This document shows, one piece after another, positions 12,266-24,060 of a DNA stretch of 64,000 nucleotides (positions within the stretch are counted from its first letter, which is position 1; each line of letters begins with the position of its first letter). The translations under genes were made by a program, and so were the position numbers. Origin of the DNA: Bilabrum cf. latius (lineage: Eukaryota); assembly GCA_965178125.1 (NCBI GenBank), contig OZ237753.1, forward strand, positions 930,001 through 994,000, read 5' to 3'. The notes under the pieces were generated by a model. It was given only the letters and a program-made list of their open reading frames with translations. It was not told the DNA's origin and ran no database searches.

Positions 12266-14179
12266 TCACCAGTAGGACGGCAGGTCACCGTCGATCGAGG
12301 CCCGGATCTCCTTGAGCCCCCCGGCGGCGCTCTTGGCAGGCACCCCTGCCTTCGATAGGATCTCGGCGGCGGTCAGACTGCGCACTCCACGCCTGCACAG
12401 TGTCACAACGGCAGGCCCGCTTGACTCGTCCCCACCCACCGCACCCTCTGCCCCATCGTCCACGCCACTCCTGGCCCCCCGCACCCACCTCTGCACCAGC
12501 GCGATGGCCCGCTCCCTGGTGCGGCGCGATTTGAGCAGCTCCAAGGGCAGGTGCAGAGACCCGGGAAGCCGCACCACGCTCCACTGCGAGTCGTCGCGGA
12601 CGTCCACAACGAGCGGCAGTGCAGTCGGAGTAGAAGCACAGCCTGGTGCGTCGCTTCTGGTGCCGTCTCCGGCCCCGGTCGCTGCGCCCGTGCTCCCTGC
12701 TCCCGCGGGCTCAGCAGCCGCATCCTAGTCGGCACTGCTGGCCCCTGGGGCGAGTGCGGCCTGCAGCTGCTCCCGACCAGCCAGCACCTCCTCGGAGCCT
12801 GGTACGTACATGCGCCAGCGGGTGCCCGATGCCGCCGCCTTCCCCTTGGATCGTTCCCCCTGTTCCCCTGGCCCCTCTTGTTCCTCGGCGTCCCTGAGTG
12901 CTGCCTCCAGTGCATCCATCGCCCCCTACGCACCCACCTCCAGCTCACCGAGTCCCGCCACCTAGACCTACTGCCCCCCACCCTCACCCTCACCCTCACC
13001 CTCCGCGCATGCCTCGCACCCCTGCCCCCCCTCGAAGGAAGATAGACCCTTCTCCCTGATCCAGGCAGACGTCCCCTCCGCTGTAGGGCCCTTGTTCTCC
13101 CCCTCTCCCGCGCCTGCATCCCCCGACTCAGTCCCCTCCCCCTCGGCATCGTCTTCCAGCCCACCGCAAGCGAAGCAGTCCGGCCTCCTGCCTCGCATGC
13201 GGGCCGCCCGCACCACTACCCCCATCGCGTCCAGCACCAGCAGCCGCCCAGCCAGAGAGGTTCCCGCGCCCACCAGGAGCTTGATGCCCTCGCAGGCCAT
13301 GAAGGAGCCCACCACGCCCACCACGGGGCCCAGCACGCCGTCATCCGCGCATGTCTTCACGTCGTCGGCGGGAGGGGGTTCCGGGTGGAAGCAGCGGTAG
13401 CACGGTGCGCGGCGCCGCGGGGCTGCGGAACCGACCGTGGCTCTGGGAAGGCCCTCCCGCTCGCGCACCTGCTCCCAGCAGTAGACGGACAGCTGGCCGT
13501 CGCTGCCAAGCGCGGCGCCCGACACGAGCGGAACCTGGGCCGCCACGCAGGCGTCCGAGACGGTGTATCTCGCGGCGGGGTTGTCCGTGCAGTCCAGCAC
13601 CAGGTCGTAGGTTCCGCTGCCGATTAGCTGGAAGGCATCCCTGGCGTTCATGCGGCGGGTGTCCAGTGGTGTGCTCACCGCAGTGGCCGGGTTGAGGGCG
13701 AGGATGCTCGCCCGCAGGCTGCTCGTCTTGGACTGCCCCAGGCGGTCTGTCGTGTGGGCGATTTGGCGGTGGAGGTTGCTGTCGTCCACCACGTCGTCGT
13801 CCACCAGAGCGATGGAGCCCACCCCGGCGCCGGCAAGGTACAGCGCCACGGGGCACCCCAGTCCGCCGCACCCGATCACCAAGACGCGCGAGGCTTTCAG
13901 CCGAAGCTGCGACGGCGAGCCACCAAAGCCTGGCGCTATCATCTACCGACTGTATCTGTGGATTTCTGCGGGCGTTAGCGTCAATTTGCTGCTGCTGGCG
14001 GTTTCTAACGCGGCGGTTGCAGTTGATTTTGGTCCCTCCTGCCGTGCCGATTTGGACTATGTTTCCTCCACTGCACCCGTGGACTGTCCGTCAGACGATG
14101 TAAAGTGTAAAGCAGCCGCGGCCAGTCCCGCTGTAGCAGCACCGAGCACGATGCCGCCACCGAACGAGTAAACGTCCAT
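12266..14179 (-). CDS. MOCS3: Adenylyltransferase/sulfurtransferase Uba4/MOCS3 (MoeB domain plus rhodanese)
   Basis: EIHRYSR*MI, VIGCGGLGCP, SNLHRQI, DCTDN, PCYRC, GVLGPVVG, CFAC, rhodanese VVDVR..LCRRGVRS. Six in-frame TAGs (14057, 13943, 12968, 12962, 12926, 12725); ends TGA 12266. Confidence 0.92.
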
Positions 14180-14655
14180 TCCACCTAGGAAGAACGCGGG
14201 CGTTCGCTAGCTGCTACAGTCCCGCTGTAGCAGCTAGATTGGGGTCGGGAACGATCACCTAGGAAGAACGCGGGCGCGACCTCTCTGTCACCAGCCAAAT
14301 GTATCAACAGAAGTATATATCCGGCAAATAGATGCGCAGTCCCAGCAAGCTCAGACAATGAGGAACGATGGAATCCGATGGATCCAGCAATCGCACGCAA
14401 CAACCGGCCGAAAAATCGCACCATTGAGTATTTTCAAAACGACCAACTGCAACGACCCAAGCCCGTTTGTAGTTGCCCGCCCGCTGCATTCATTCAAATA
14501 TCCCCAAGCTTGTGCTGGGGAAGCAACAAGTTGGAGCCGTGGAAGAATCAGGCGCGTCACAAGGCCCGAGCCGCGCACTTGCCCTTGCTCTGCTAAAGAT
14601 CAGCAGGCAGCGAATAAAGAAGGCAGAGAGCAAAGGTCTCGGCTGGGTTGCTAAT

Positions 14656-16086
14656 ATGGCTGCTGCAAAGCCCACCGATGCGTCCGCATCTACCTCGGCT
14701 GGTGTTGCGCCGCCGACAGTTCCTGAAGGCACCAAGTCAGCCGAAGAGCAAGCTGGGTCCGGCGCGGGCACTTCCGCGAAATCTGGATCTGGAGAGTCAG
14801 CAGTCGTCGCACCGTTCGTTCCAGGAGCAGCTGGAGAGGGCACGCATTAGAATCACCCCTTTTTCCACTTCTATGGGCTGCTGCCGCACCAGCAAAACAT
14901 GATGCAGGATACTGTTCGAACGGGGACGTATTTCAAGGCGTTTGTGAGCAACCCGACCGACTTTAAGGACAAGGTTGTGCTTGACGTTGGCACTGGCTCG
15001 GGAATTCTGGCGTACTTTGCGGTCCGCGCGGGCGCAAAGCGCGTGTATGCCGTGGAGGCGAGCGGCGTGGCGGAGCACGCGCGCAAGCTGCTGGCGCACA
15101 ACGGGCTGTCCGAGCGCATCCGAGTGATCCGGGGAAAGATCGAGGAGGTGGAGATCCCGGAGAAGGTCGATGTGCTAATCTCGGAGCCCATGGGCGTGGC
15201 GCTGCTGCACGAGCGCATGATCGAGTCGTACCTCATCGGCAGGGACCGATTCCTCAAGCCGGGGGGCAAGCTCATGCCCAGCAACGGAACCATCTTCGCG
15301 GCGCCCTTCACGGACCAGGCCCTGTGGGACGACCGCATGTCCCAGTCTGCGTTCTGGAAGACGACGGATTTCTGGGGGCTGGACCTGAGCTGCCTGCATG
15401 GCGACGCCACGGACGACTACATCATGCAGCCAGTGGTGTCGTACGTGGACCCCTCCACGCTGCTGTGCGCCACGCCTGCCGCGCTGCGGATCGATTTCGG
15501 GTCGGCTTCCCCCGGCTCCCTGCACGACGTGAGCATTCCCTTTGATTTCCTGTGCACGAGGACCGCGGTCATGCACGGCCTGGCCTGCTGGTTCGACGTG
15601 GATTTCGACGGCAGCGACGCGCGCATCACGCTGAGCACGGGCCCGCACTGCGCGGGCACGCATTGGTACCAGAGCAGGTTCGTCATGAAGGAGCCGCTGG
15701 CCGTGAACGCGGGGCAGACCGTGACCGGCGTGCTGCGCATGGTGGCGCACGAGAAGTACAGCTACAACTGCGTGATCGAGGCGGGAATCAAGGGCACGAG
15801 CAAGCCGGCAGTCTCCCGCACCGCCAAGGTCAACCTGCAGGACCAGCACTACGCCTACATGGCGGCGGCGCCCGCGCCCGCCCCCGAGCCGGATTTCTCC
15901 ATCTCCCCGTATGCGAGCCCCTATGTGGACGACGGTATGGCCCCCACGAACCACACGTACGAGCCTCCCTTCGTGGGGGAGCCTCAGGGGTCCAAGTTCA
16001 CCCCCGCGGTGGGGTCGGCCGGGCCTGCCGCGGGAGGTGCGGGTGCTGCGGCTGGCGGAGCGGACGGAGCGGGGGGAAGTAGCTGA
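14656..16086 (+). CDS. CARM1: Protein arginine N-methyltransferase, CARM1/PRMT4-like
   Basis: FFHFYGLLPHQQNMMQD, VLDVGTGSGIL, ISEPMG..LHERMIESY, THWYQ. ATG 14656, TAG 14848 read through, ends TGA. Confidence 0.9.
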
Positions 16087-16248
16087 TTGGTCGACGCACA
16101 TGATATTTCAGTCTGCCCAAGCACACAATCAGCGATTCGCTCGCTCCCACCCTATCCAGTGGTGCGCGTGCGCGACACGTGGTAGGTAGCGGAACCTGGA
16201 TCCTCTCGTAATGGCAGCTTAGGATCCGGCGAAACATCGAAGCGTGAC

Positions 16249-19064
16249 ATGCGCTTTCCCGTTTTAATGAATGCTTGGCTAGTCGCATGCAGTGTTGCTT
16301 TCGTGTGTGCTGCAGCTGGCGATGCAGAAGATCCTAGGCGAATAGAGTACTTTCCAGTGAGTGGCGAATTCTCGTCAGGACTATCAGCACCATCGCACGA
16401 ACTAATTCATATTATTTTAGCATATCCAACATTGTTTCTTTGTAATTGTAGGCTGTGGATACGTTCGCAAGGGGGATACTGGGCGTTGACACCAGCGTGA
16501 AGGTAGTAGAAGAGCTCCCGCCTGGTCTGGCGGCTGAAGCCTTGAGGTTTGCGTAGCAGGATGCAAGTATGCAGACACGGGGAGGCGTCAGCGTGCTGCA
16601 TAGGGATACTCTACCAGCAACCGAGGTTGTGACGGAGTTTCTCGCAGGTGACGGTAGACCCTTCCAGTGCGTATTGCCCCGGCCGGCCCCGCCCCCACCT
16701 TCGCAAGAAAAGATTCGAGAGTATGCAATCAAGGATGACATGCAGTACTGTCAGCGTGTCCTTCGTCCGCGAAATGACGGTAGCGCGGACGAGAGCACGC
16801 CTAGGCACCTGCGTCGCACGCCGTACAACTCGTGCATCGTCCTGACGTCGGGCTACTGGACGTACCAGGTATGCCCCGGCCATAGAGTGCGATAGCTTCA
16901 CTTGGCTCCGGGCGAATCGATCGATCCCGTCAGCGGCGAAGTGACTGCCGTCGGTTTCCAGCCTTCCCAGGCGAGAGCCAAGGCAGCGGCAGCCAGCGGA
17001 GAGGAGGAGGAGGAGGAGGAGGAGGAGGGATCAGTGGGCGTGGGGCATGACGACTCGGGGGACGGCGACCTTGACAGCGAAGTCTCGTCTCCAGCTGATG
17101 GTGCCGCTTCTGCTGGTGGTTCTTCTGCTGCCAGCTCTGCCCAGATCGAGAGCGTCGTGCTGGACCTGGGGCGGTACCTCCCCGGGCACGACGTGCTCGA
17201 GTCGAGAGGGGACGGTGCAGTGTCCTACGTGCAGTCGTTCGAGGGCGGGACCGAGGGAAGGAAATCCACGGTGCGGTTCGTGTGCGAGCCGAAGGGCATG
17301 GTCCCGCAGGAGAACGCGCGGGGGGGCAAGGACAGCACCCATCGGCAGCACCAGAAAGGGGGACAGGCAGGTGAGGGCGATGGCTCGTACTCGGGCTCGA
17401 TGCAGGAGAGGAGGGCGAGGAAATCGGGGGCTGCGGGGCCAAAGAGCAGCTCTAGGCACCAGCAGGTGGTCAACGTAACGGAACCGCTCCCCAGGCAGTA
17501 CGATGTGGTGGTGGGCACTCGTCACACCGGGCTATGCAAGCGGTTGTCGAGCGCGAGCCGGCTGGTGGGCCGGCTTGGTGCGAGCACCTGCATCCAGGTC
17601 CCGCGCGGGTGGTGGACGTACGAAGTGTGCATTGGTGGTGAGGTGAGCCAGTTTCACCAGGTGGATAAAGTCGTCAAGGAGAAGAGGAGGATCCTGTCCA
17701 GCGGCAAGGGGGGCAAGACGAGCACGAAGCGGAGCGGCATGGGCGAGGATGATGACGACGATGAGGATGAGTAGGAAGATGAAGAGGATAGTGGTGTGAG
17801 CGGGGCTCGATACAAGGAGGTGCAGGTGCGTAAGACGGTGAGAGAGGCCTCCTTCTCGCTCGGGAAGTTCTCTCCCGAGTACGGCACGCGCATCATCCGC
17901 CCCAGCAGGGGGGGCTTCTTCGATGACCTGGAGGCGCTGGTGAGCGAGGCACCCACCAGGGAACAAGGCAAGGGCGAGGACGATGATGGTGAGGGTGAGG
18001 GTGGGAGTGCGGCCCATCGAGGTGCCTCATCATCATCATCATCATCTTCATCTTCATCATCATCATCATCAAGGAGGAGGGCCAGGGCAGCCTCGAGGAG
18101 CGGGAGCGGGAGGAGGGGGAGAGGGGCGGGCAAAAGGGGGCATGCGAACCAGCGGCCGAGGCCCAGCGTGGCCCCGCCCTTGCCCCCTCTGGTATTTAGC
18201 TAGCACGGGCAAGTGCTTGGGCCCGGCGAAGAACAGGGAGGGAAGGGGGTAGGGATCGATGTCGGTCGCAAAGGAGCACGAGGAGGAGGCGGCGAGACAG
18301 CGAGTGGGAGTGGGAGTGGGAGTGGGAGTGGGAGTGGGAGCGGGAGCAGCCCCTCGGCGGGCAAGGAATAGGACAAGGACAAGGAAAAGGGCCAGGGCAA
18401 GGAACAGGTCAGGCTGCTTGACGGCAGGGTGCCTCTGGACGCGGCCGAGCTGGGGCTGAGCTCGCCCGACCCCGCCTACGTGAGTCAGATGTACATTGGG
18501 GGCTCCAGGTGCGACCTCACGGGCAAGCCCCGAGCCACCGAGGTGAGGTTCGTGTGCGACCCGTCTGCCTCCGTGGTGGTGCTCGAGTCGCTCGAGGAGG
18601 CGCACACGTGCTAGTACAGGGTGATCCTCCGGGCCAGCAAGGTCTGCAGCCACCTCGAGCTGAGGCCCCCCAGTGCGCAGGCGGTGGCGAATGCGCAAGG
18701 GCAAGGGCAAGGGCAAGGGCAAGGTGGCGGGACAGAGGAAGGGGAAGGAGGGGATGCCTCAGTGGGTGGTCGTCTTGGGGGTGGATCGCATGCAGGCCCG
18801 GGCGATGGCAGTGACGGGGAGGAGCACGGGACTGGTGAGGCGGAGATGGAGGGGGACAGCGGAAGGAACAGCGACAGTGGTCAAGCCGAAGCGCAAGGCG
18901 AAGCAGGCGCTAACCGTAAAGATGAAGATGGGCCATTGAGCGTGCTCTCGGTCGACGAGGCCTTGGGGCTGCTTCGGTCGGGAAGCGCACTTTGCGCGCC
19001 TGCTCCGCTGGATCGAAGTAATTTGATGGCTGGTGCTGTGTAGTGGCAGCTAGGGCTCGCTTGA
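16249..19064 (+). CDS. ER lectin with MRH domains (OS-9/ERLEC1-like), signal peptide
   Basis: Hydrophobic N-terminus and intron 16357-16451. GYWTYQVCPGHRVR*LH, GWWTYEVCIGGEVSQFHQ, GSRCDLTGKPRATEVRFVC..TC*YRV. Seven in-frame TAGs; TGA at 19062. Confidence 0.85.
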
Positions 19065-19221
19065 CTCGGACGGATCAGGGCAGCGGATGCTCGTGAACGT
19101 GCGTGGTGCTCGTTAAAATCCAAGGCGCACAGAAAACGGACCGATTCTGATCGGAGTAATAGTATACTACGGAAACCAGGGGCGCTCTCATATCTAAACC
19201 ACGCGACAACTGCTACCTGCA

Positions 19222-22200
19222 TCACGTCAGGGCGTCAAAGAAGCCCACCTTGCACTGCCTGACCATGGTGCAGATTTCATCCGGCTGATACCCGTGAATC
19301 ATCAGTTCTGTGAGCTTGGGCGCGTGCGAGTACAGGTCCCTGCATGCCTGCTGCTGCGCCCTGGGGATGAGGCCCTCGCACACGTCCGAGAGCGCGTCCA
19401 TCACGTGGTCGTACATGAGCCTAAACTCCCGATTCTGCTGCACGCGGTACTCGAGCCGGGCGATCTCCCTCTCCCCCAGCTTGTGCTCCACCGCGGGGGG
19501 CACCCCGGGCGGGGGCGGGTCCTGCAGCCTCTGCAGCCTGTCCTGCAGCAGCCTGTCCCTGTGCCTCTGGAAATACCCCTCCACCATCGCGTCATACCCG
19601 CCTGCCTCCTTGGCCGCCTTCTCAAGCGATTTCGAGGCGTCTTTGATGGCTGCCTTGGCGGCCTCCTTGGCCTTGTTCTTCAGCTCAATCAGCTTCTTCT
19701 TGGCCTTCAAAGCGGCTGCCTGGGCCTGCTCCTTGACCTCGTTCGCGATGCGCTTGCCATCTGTCTCCAACCACTCCTTCGCTTGCGATGCGAACTGCTT
19801 GCCTTTGTCCAGCGCGGCCTCGCCCATCCGCCGACCGTCTGTCTCCAACCACTCCTTGGCCTTGCCCGCAACCTCCTTGCCTGTGTCCAGTGCGGCCTCA
19901 CCCATCCGCCGACCGTCTGTCTCCAACCACTCCTTGGCCTTGCCCGCAACCTCCTTGCCTTTGTCCAGTGCGGCCTCACCCATCCGCCGACCGTCTGTCT
20001 CCAACCACTCCTTGGCCTTGCCCGCAACAGCCTGTGCGTGGCCATGCACGGCTTTGCCGACCTGTTTCCCGTGCTCCAGTGCAGTTGCACCCAACTGTTT
20101 GGCATGCTCCAGTGCAGCCGCACCAACCTTTTTGCCATGCTCCAATGCAGCTGCACCCAACGCCTCGGCAACACCTGGACCGGACCCACGCCCCTCCTTC
20201 CCCTCCGGTGAGTCGCCCACCACGCGAGCAGACACACCACGGACGAGGTCACGGGCACGGCCCGCCAACCCACCCAGCTGCGCCCCTAGTCGCTGCAGCC
20301 CGTCCTGCTGCAGAGCTTCGCCACCACCACTGCCGTGCCGGCGGCTGGCGAACCGGGCTTGCTCCTACACACCATGCTCCACTCCGCTGTACCTGCGGCT
20401 GTGACCCTCGCCGCCCCTACGGATCATCGAGGCCAGCTTGGCCAGCTCGTCGTGGAAGGCGCCCCTGGTCCCGCTGCCCTCTGTATGCGAGTGGGAGTGG
20501 GAGTGGGCGTCGGGTTGGGTGCGATGGTGTCTCTGGGATGACGCTTCATGCGCGCCCGATACCCCGTGTGCACCCAACGATTGGAACCTGGAATGGGCGC
20601 TAGAAGGGGGTACCGGGGCACTCGGTGGTGCTGCCGGTGCTGCTTGAGACAATCTGCCTCCAGCTTGTGATCCACTGGAGGCCTCTCTCTTACGCCTGCC
20701 CTGAACTGCAGCCGCTTCCACTTCCCCATCCCCTACCTGTCCCGCTGCATTCCCAATCTTGGACCCCACTTCGACCTCCTCGCCCTTCTGTCCCGCGTGC
20801 AGCTAGCTGCCACTCGACTCGCTGCCCCCCGCCTCCCTCGCTTCCTCGCTGCCCCCCGCCATCGCGTCCAGTCTAGCCTACGCTGCCTTCCGCTTGGAAC
20901 TGTACGCAGAGTGCAAACCATCGTCACCTGCTCCATACGATGAAACATACCCTGCACCTGCACCCGCACTTGCTCCTCCCCGGTGCGCCATAGAGGCAAA
21001 CCGGGAGCCGCCCTCCATGCCTCCCTGCTGCTGCTGTTGCTCCTCTTCCTGCGACCCCTGGGGAACAGCCCCCTGCTGCACCCCCCACCCTGCCTGTAAG
21101 GACGTTGGTGGAGCAGCCACGCCTGGCATCAGGTCGGTACCCTCCTCTGCTGCAAGGTAAGGGTTAGCCAGCAGCATGGACGAGGGGCCCTGCTGCTCCT
21201 GCTGCTGCTGCTGCACCTGAAGCAGCTGCGCCCGCAGAGCTGCCACCTGCTCCTGGTACCTGGGCCCCATGCCCTCTCCGCCCTCGTTCATGCCGTACTC
21301 CCCCACTAGCATGCCGGGCATGGCAGTGGACTCCTGGGCGGCGAATCCCTGGGCCACGCCTGGGGTCATGGGCCCTCCTCCAAGGGAGCTGTACCCCGCC
21401 GCAGTGCCCTGCACCCCCATGCTCGCTGGCTCGCCCTCATAGGACCCGCCGTCGCTCAACCCGTCCACCCCGTGGAGCAGTGCCCTCTGCCGCTCCCCTC
21501 CCACCTGCAGCAGGGAGGGAGCCGAGCCCCTGTACTTGGCCAGGTCTGCCATCGTCACACCCTGCTCCCCTCCCACCTGCAGCAGGGAGGGAGCCGAGCC
21601 CCTGTACTTGGCCAGGTCTGCCATCGTCACACCCTGCTCCCCTCCCACCTGCAGCAGGGAGGGAGCCGAGCCCCTGTACTTGGCCAGGTCTGCCATCGTC
21701 ACACCCTGCTCCCCTCCCACCTGCAGCAGGGAGGGAGCCGAGCCCCTGTACTTGGCCAGGTCTGCCATCGTCACACCCTTGAGCGGCTGCACGGTGGGAT
21801 TGGTCGGGGCCATCGGCGTCACCCGCTACCCGTTGCGAAAGTGCCCCGCCAGCGCCGAGGCGGTGGAGTAGAATTGGCTGCCCGGCGTGCTGGCCATGGC
21901 CTGCAGCTCGGGAGACTGGGCGGCGGCGGCGTCCAGGGCAGCACCCGCCGGTGGCTGGCCCGGTGGGGGTGGAGGGTGCTTCCACGGGGGCATGGGAGGG
22001 GCGTTGTGCATGGGGTTCACTCGAGGAACCGGCGGGGGCCGCACGATGTCCTCGCCCGCCGGCTCGTAGCGGAGGTCCTCGGGCAGAAAGGACTCCAACC
22101 CGGGGTATCGGACGTAGGGGTCCGCGCGCAACTTCCGATCTACCATTTGTACCAAATATTCGCACATAATGCAACGTCTTGACGTAGTCATGGTAAGCAG

Positions 22201-22622
22201 CGTAGCTCGCTGCGATGTGGTAATCGTAAAAAGGACGGCGAGAAGCAGCCAATGGTTCCAGCCGCTAGAGCGACCCAAGCTGTTACAAAGCGGGGAGTGC
22301 TCACCTGTAATATTCCACTCAGACCACCCATTGCGCCGACACTTTGCTGGATTGCCCCACCTACTTTTTTCTAGATGTTGCCAATCCCTTTCTGGGAGCC
22401 TCCTTCTCTGAAGCGGACCAACTCGGCCTAGTCCTCAACAGAACCCGTAGATAATGAAGATGGCTTAGTTATATTCTTCGTGTGGCCAGGGCTAGCTATG
22501 TTAACTCTATTCTCCAACCTACTGCCATGCATCTCGGCCGCGAGCACATGGGCGTGCCCATCCTGGCTAGAAATTCCAGATGCTCCAATCAGGAGGCACG
22601 CAATAGCAAGTGCGCTCAACAT
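19222..22622 (-). CDS. Secreted protein with a split saposin-B-like domain and internal repeat arrays
   Basis: Signal peptide MLSALAIACLLIGASG and intron 22210-22304. CIMCEYLVQMV near the N-terminus; LSDVC..QAC..QPDEICTMVRQC at the C-terminus. Continuous frame through six TAGs; TGA 19222. Confidence 0.7.
19761..20030 (-). repeat. Coding tandem repeat, 78-bp unit (AGKAKEWLETDGRRMGEAALDKGKEV), about 3.5 copies, LEA-like
   Basis: ctgtctccaaccactcc recurs at 19761, 19839, 19917 and 19995. Confidence 0.9.
21493..21779 (-). repeat. Coding tandem repeat, 72-bp unit (GVTMADLAKYRGSAPSLLQVGGEQ) x4
   Basis: Near-identical units start at 21493, 21565, 21637 and 21709. Confidence 0.93.
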
Positions 22623-22800
22623 ACTCCAAGGAATGCCGTGAAAATGTCGAAGATTTTACCCACCGAGGCGGTGCCGAGGTGTATTGGCTAGAGCCAGCTC
22701 GAGATAATCTTGATTTTCTATGCAACATGCACGCAACATTTGAAACTGCAACTCGGAACAACTTTGCGCCGTCGCAGACATAGACACGAAAAGCTGATAC

Positions 22801-23884
22801 ATGGCGGGACCTCTACGAGTATTTGTCACCGGTGGGAGTCGCGGTATTGGACTATCTATTGCCAGAAGGTGAGATGCTGCCGTTTTGATTTGCGTACGTG
22901 GAATAAGTGTGCATGCTGACGCATTCGTATTTATTCCAAAGTATGATCGTAACCGGCGGCTCGTGCTGTTTACGTCCCATTTGCAGGCTTGCCAAGGATG
23001 GTGCCAAGGTTTGCATTGCGGCCAAGACGGCCGATCCTCACCCGAAGCTGCCAGGGACAATCTATTCGGCCGCGGAGGAGATCGAGAAGGCGGGAGGAAC
23101 CGCTCTGCCCGTCGTGTGCGACGTGCGGGACGACGAGTCGGTGGACAATGCAGTGTCTCTAGCTGCTAGTGAGTTCGGCGGCCTGGACGTGGTGATCAAC
23201 AACGCGAGCGCGATCAACAACTCGAGCCTGGAGGAGCTGCCCATGAAGCGCTTCGACCTCATGAACCAGGTCAACGCGCGGGGCACGTACACCACCACCA
23301 GGGCGGCTCTCCCGCACCTGCTGAAGAGCGAGAGGGCGCAGGTGCTGATGCTGTCTCCCCCCCTGAACATGGACCCCCGCTGGCTCAAGATGGGAGGCAC
23401 CGCGTACACGATGGCCAAGTACGGCATGTCCATGTGCGTGCTAGGGTTCGCGGAGGAGCTCAAGGGCAGGGTAGGGGTGAACGCATTGTGGCCCAGGACG
23501 GCCATCGCCACTGCCGCTATCGAGATGCTGGCCGGCAAGGCGGGCATGGCTGCCTCCCGCACACCGGAGATCATGGCAGACACGGCGCACTGGATCGTGC
23601 AGCAGGACCCGAAGAGCTTCAGCGGGCATTTCTTGATCGATGATGAGGTGCTCACACAGCGCATGGGCAAGTCGCAGGAAGACCTGGATGCATACGCGGT
23701 GCAGCCGGGGGCCCCGCTGATGCCCGATTTCTACGTTGGTGACCCGGACGCGCTTGGTCCGTGGGTGGCTGCAGGGGAGGCCATCAAGACGGCGGGCAAG
23801 GCTTGGAAGAACGTAGCTAGCATGTTTGGAGGCGGTGGCAAGGGCAAGGGCGGGGGTGGCGGTAGCTCCGAAGGAAGGCAGTGA
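22801..23884 (+). CDS. HSDL2: Short-chain dehydrogenase/reductase, HSDL2-like
   Basis: VTGGSRGIG in exon 1, intron 22869-22986, AAKTADPHPKLPGTIYSAAEEIE, NNASAI, YTMAKYGMS, NALWPRT. No TAG; ends TGA. Confidence 0.92.
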
Positions 23885-23962
23885 TGCTCCGCAGCTGCGG
23901 ACGAAATTGGTTGATGCGTGACAAGTAGTTCGTGTTGCACCAGGCACTGCCAGCGCGCGCAC

Positions 23963-24060
23963 CTCATTCGCTCGCTCACTGCACGGGCAGCAGCGATTTC
24001 TCAGTCAGGATCTCATTCGCTCGCTCACTGCACGGGCAGCAGCGATTTCTCAGTCAGGAT
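23963..24060. repeat. 2 x 49-bp tandem repeat including the glycoside hydrolase stop codon
   Basis: ctcattcgctcgctcactgcacgggcagcagcgatttctcagtcaggat at 23963 and 24012. Confidence 0.9.

Noticed and set aside
21493-21779. Mobile element or satellite insertion
   Set aside because: The unit is a multiple of three and lies in frame within the saposin-like gene; no terminal repeats or transposase.
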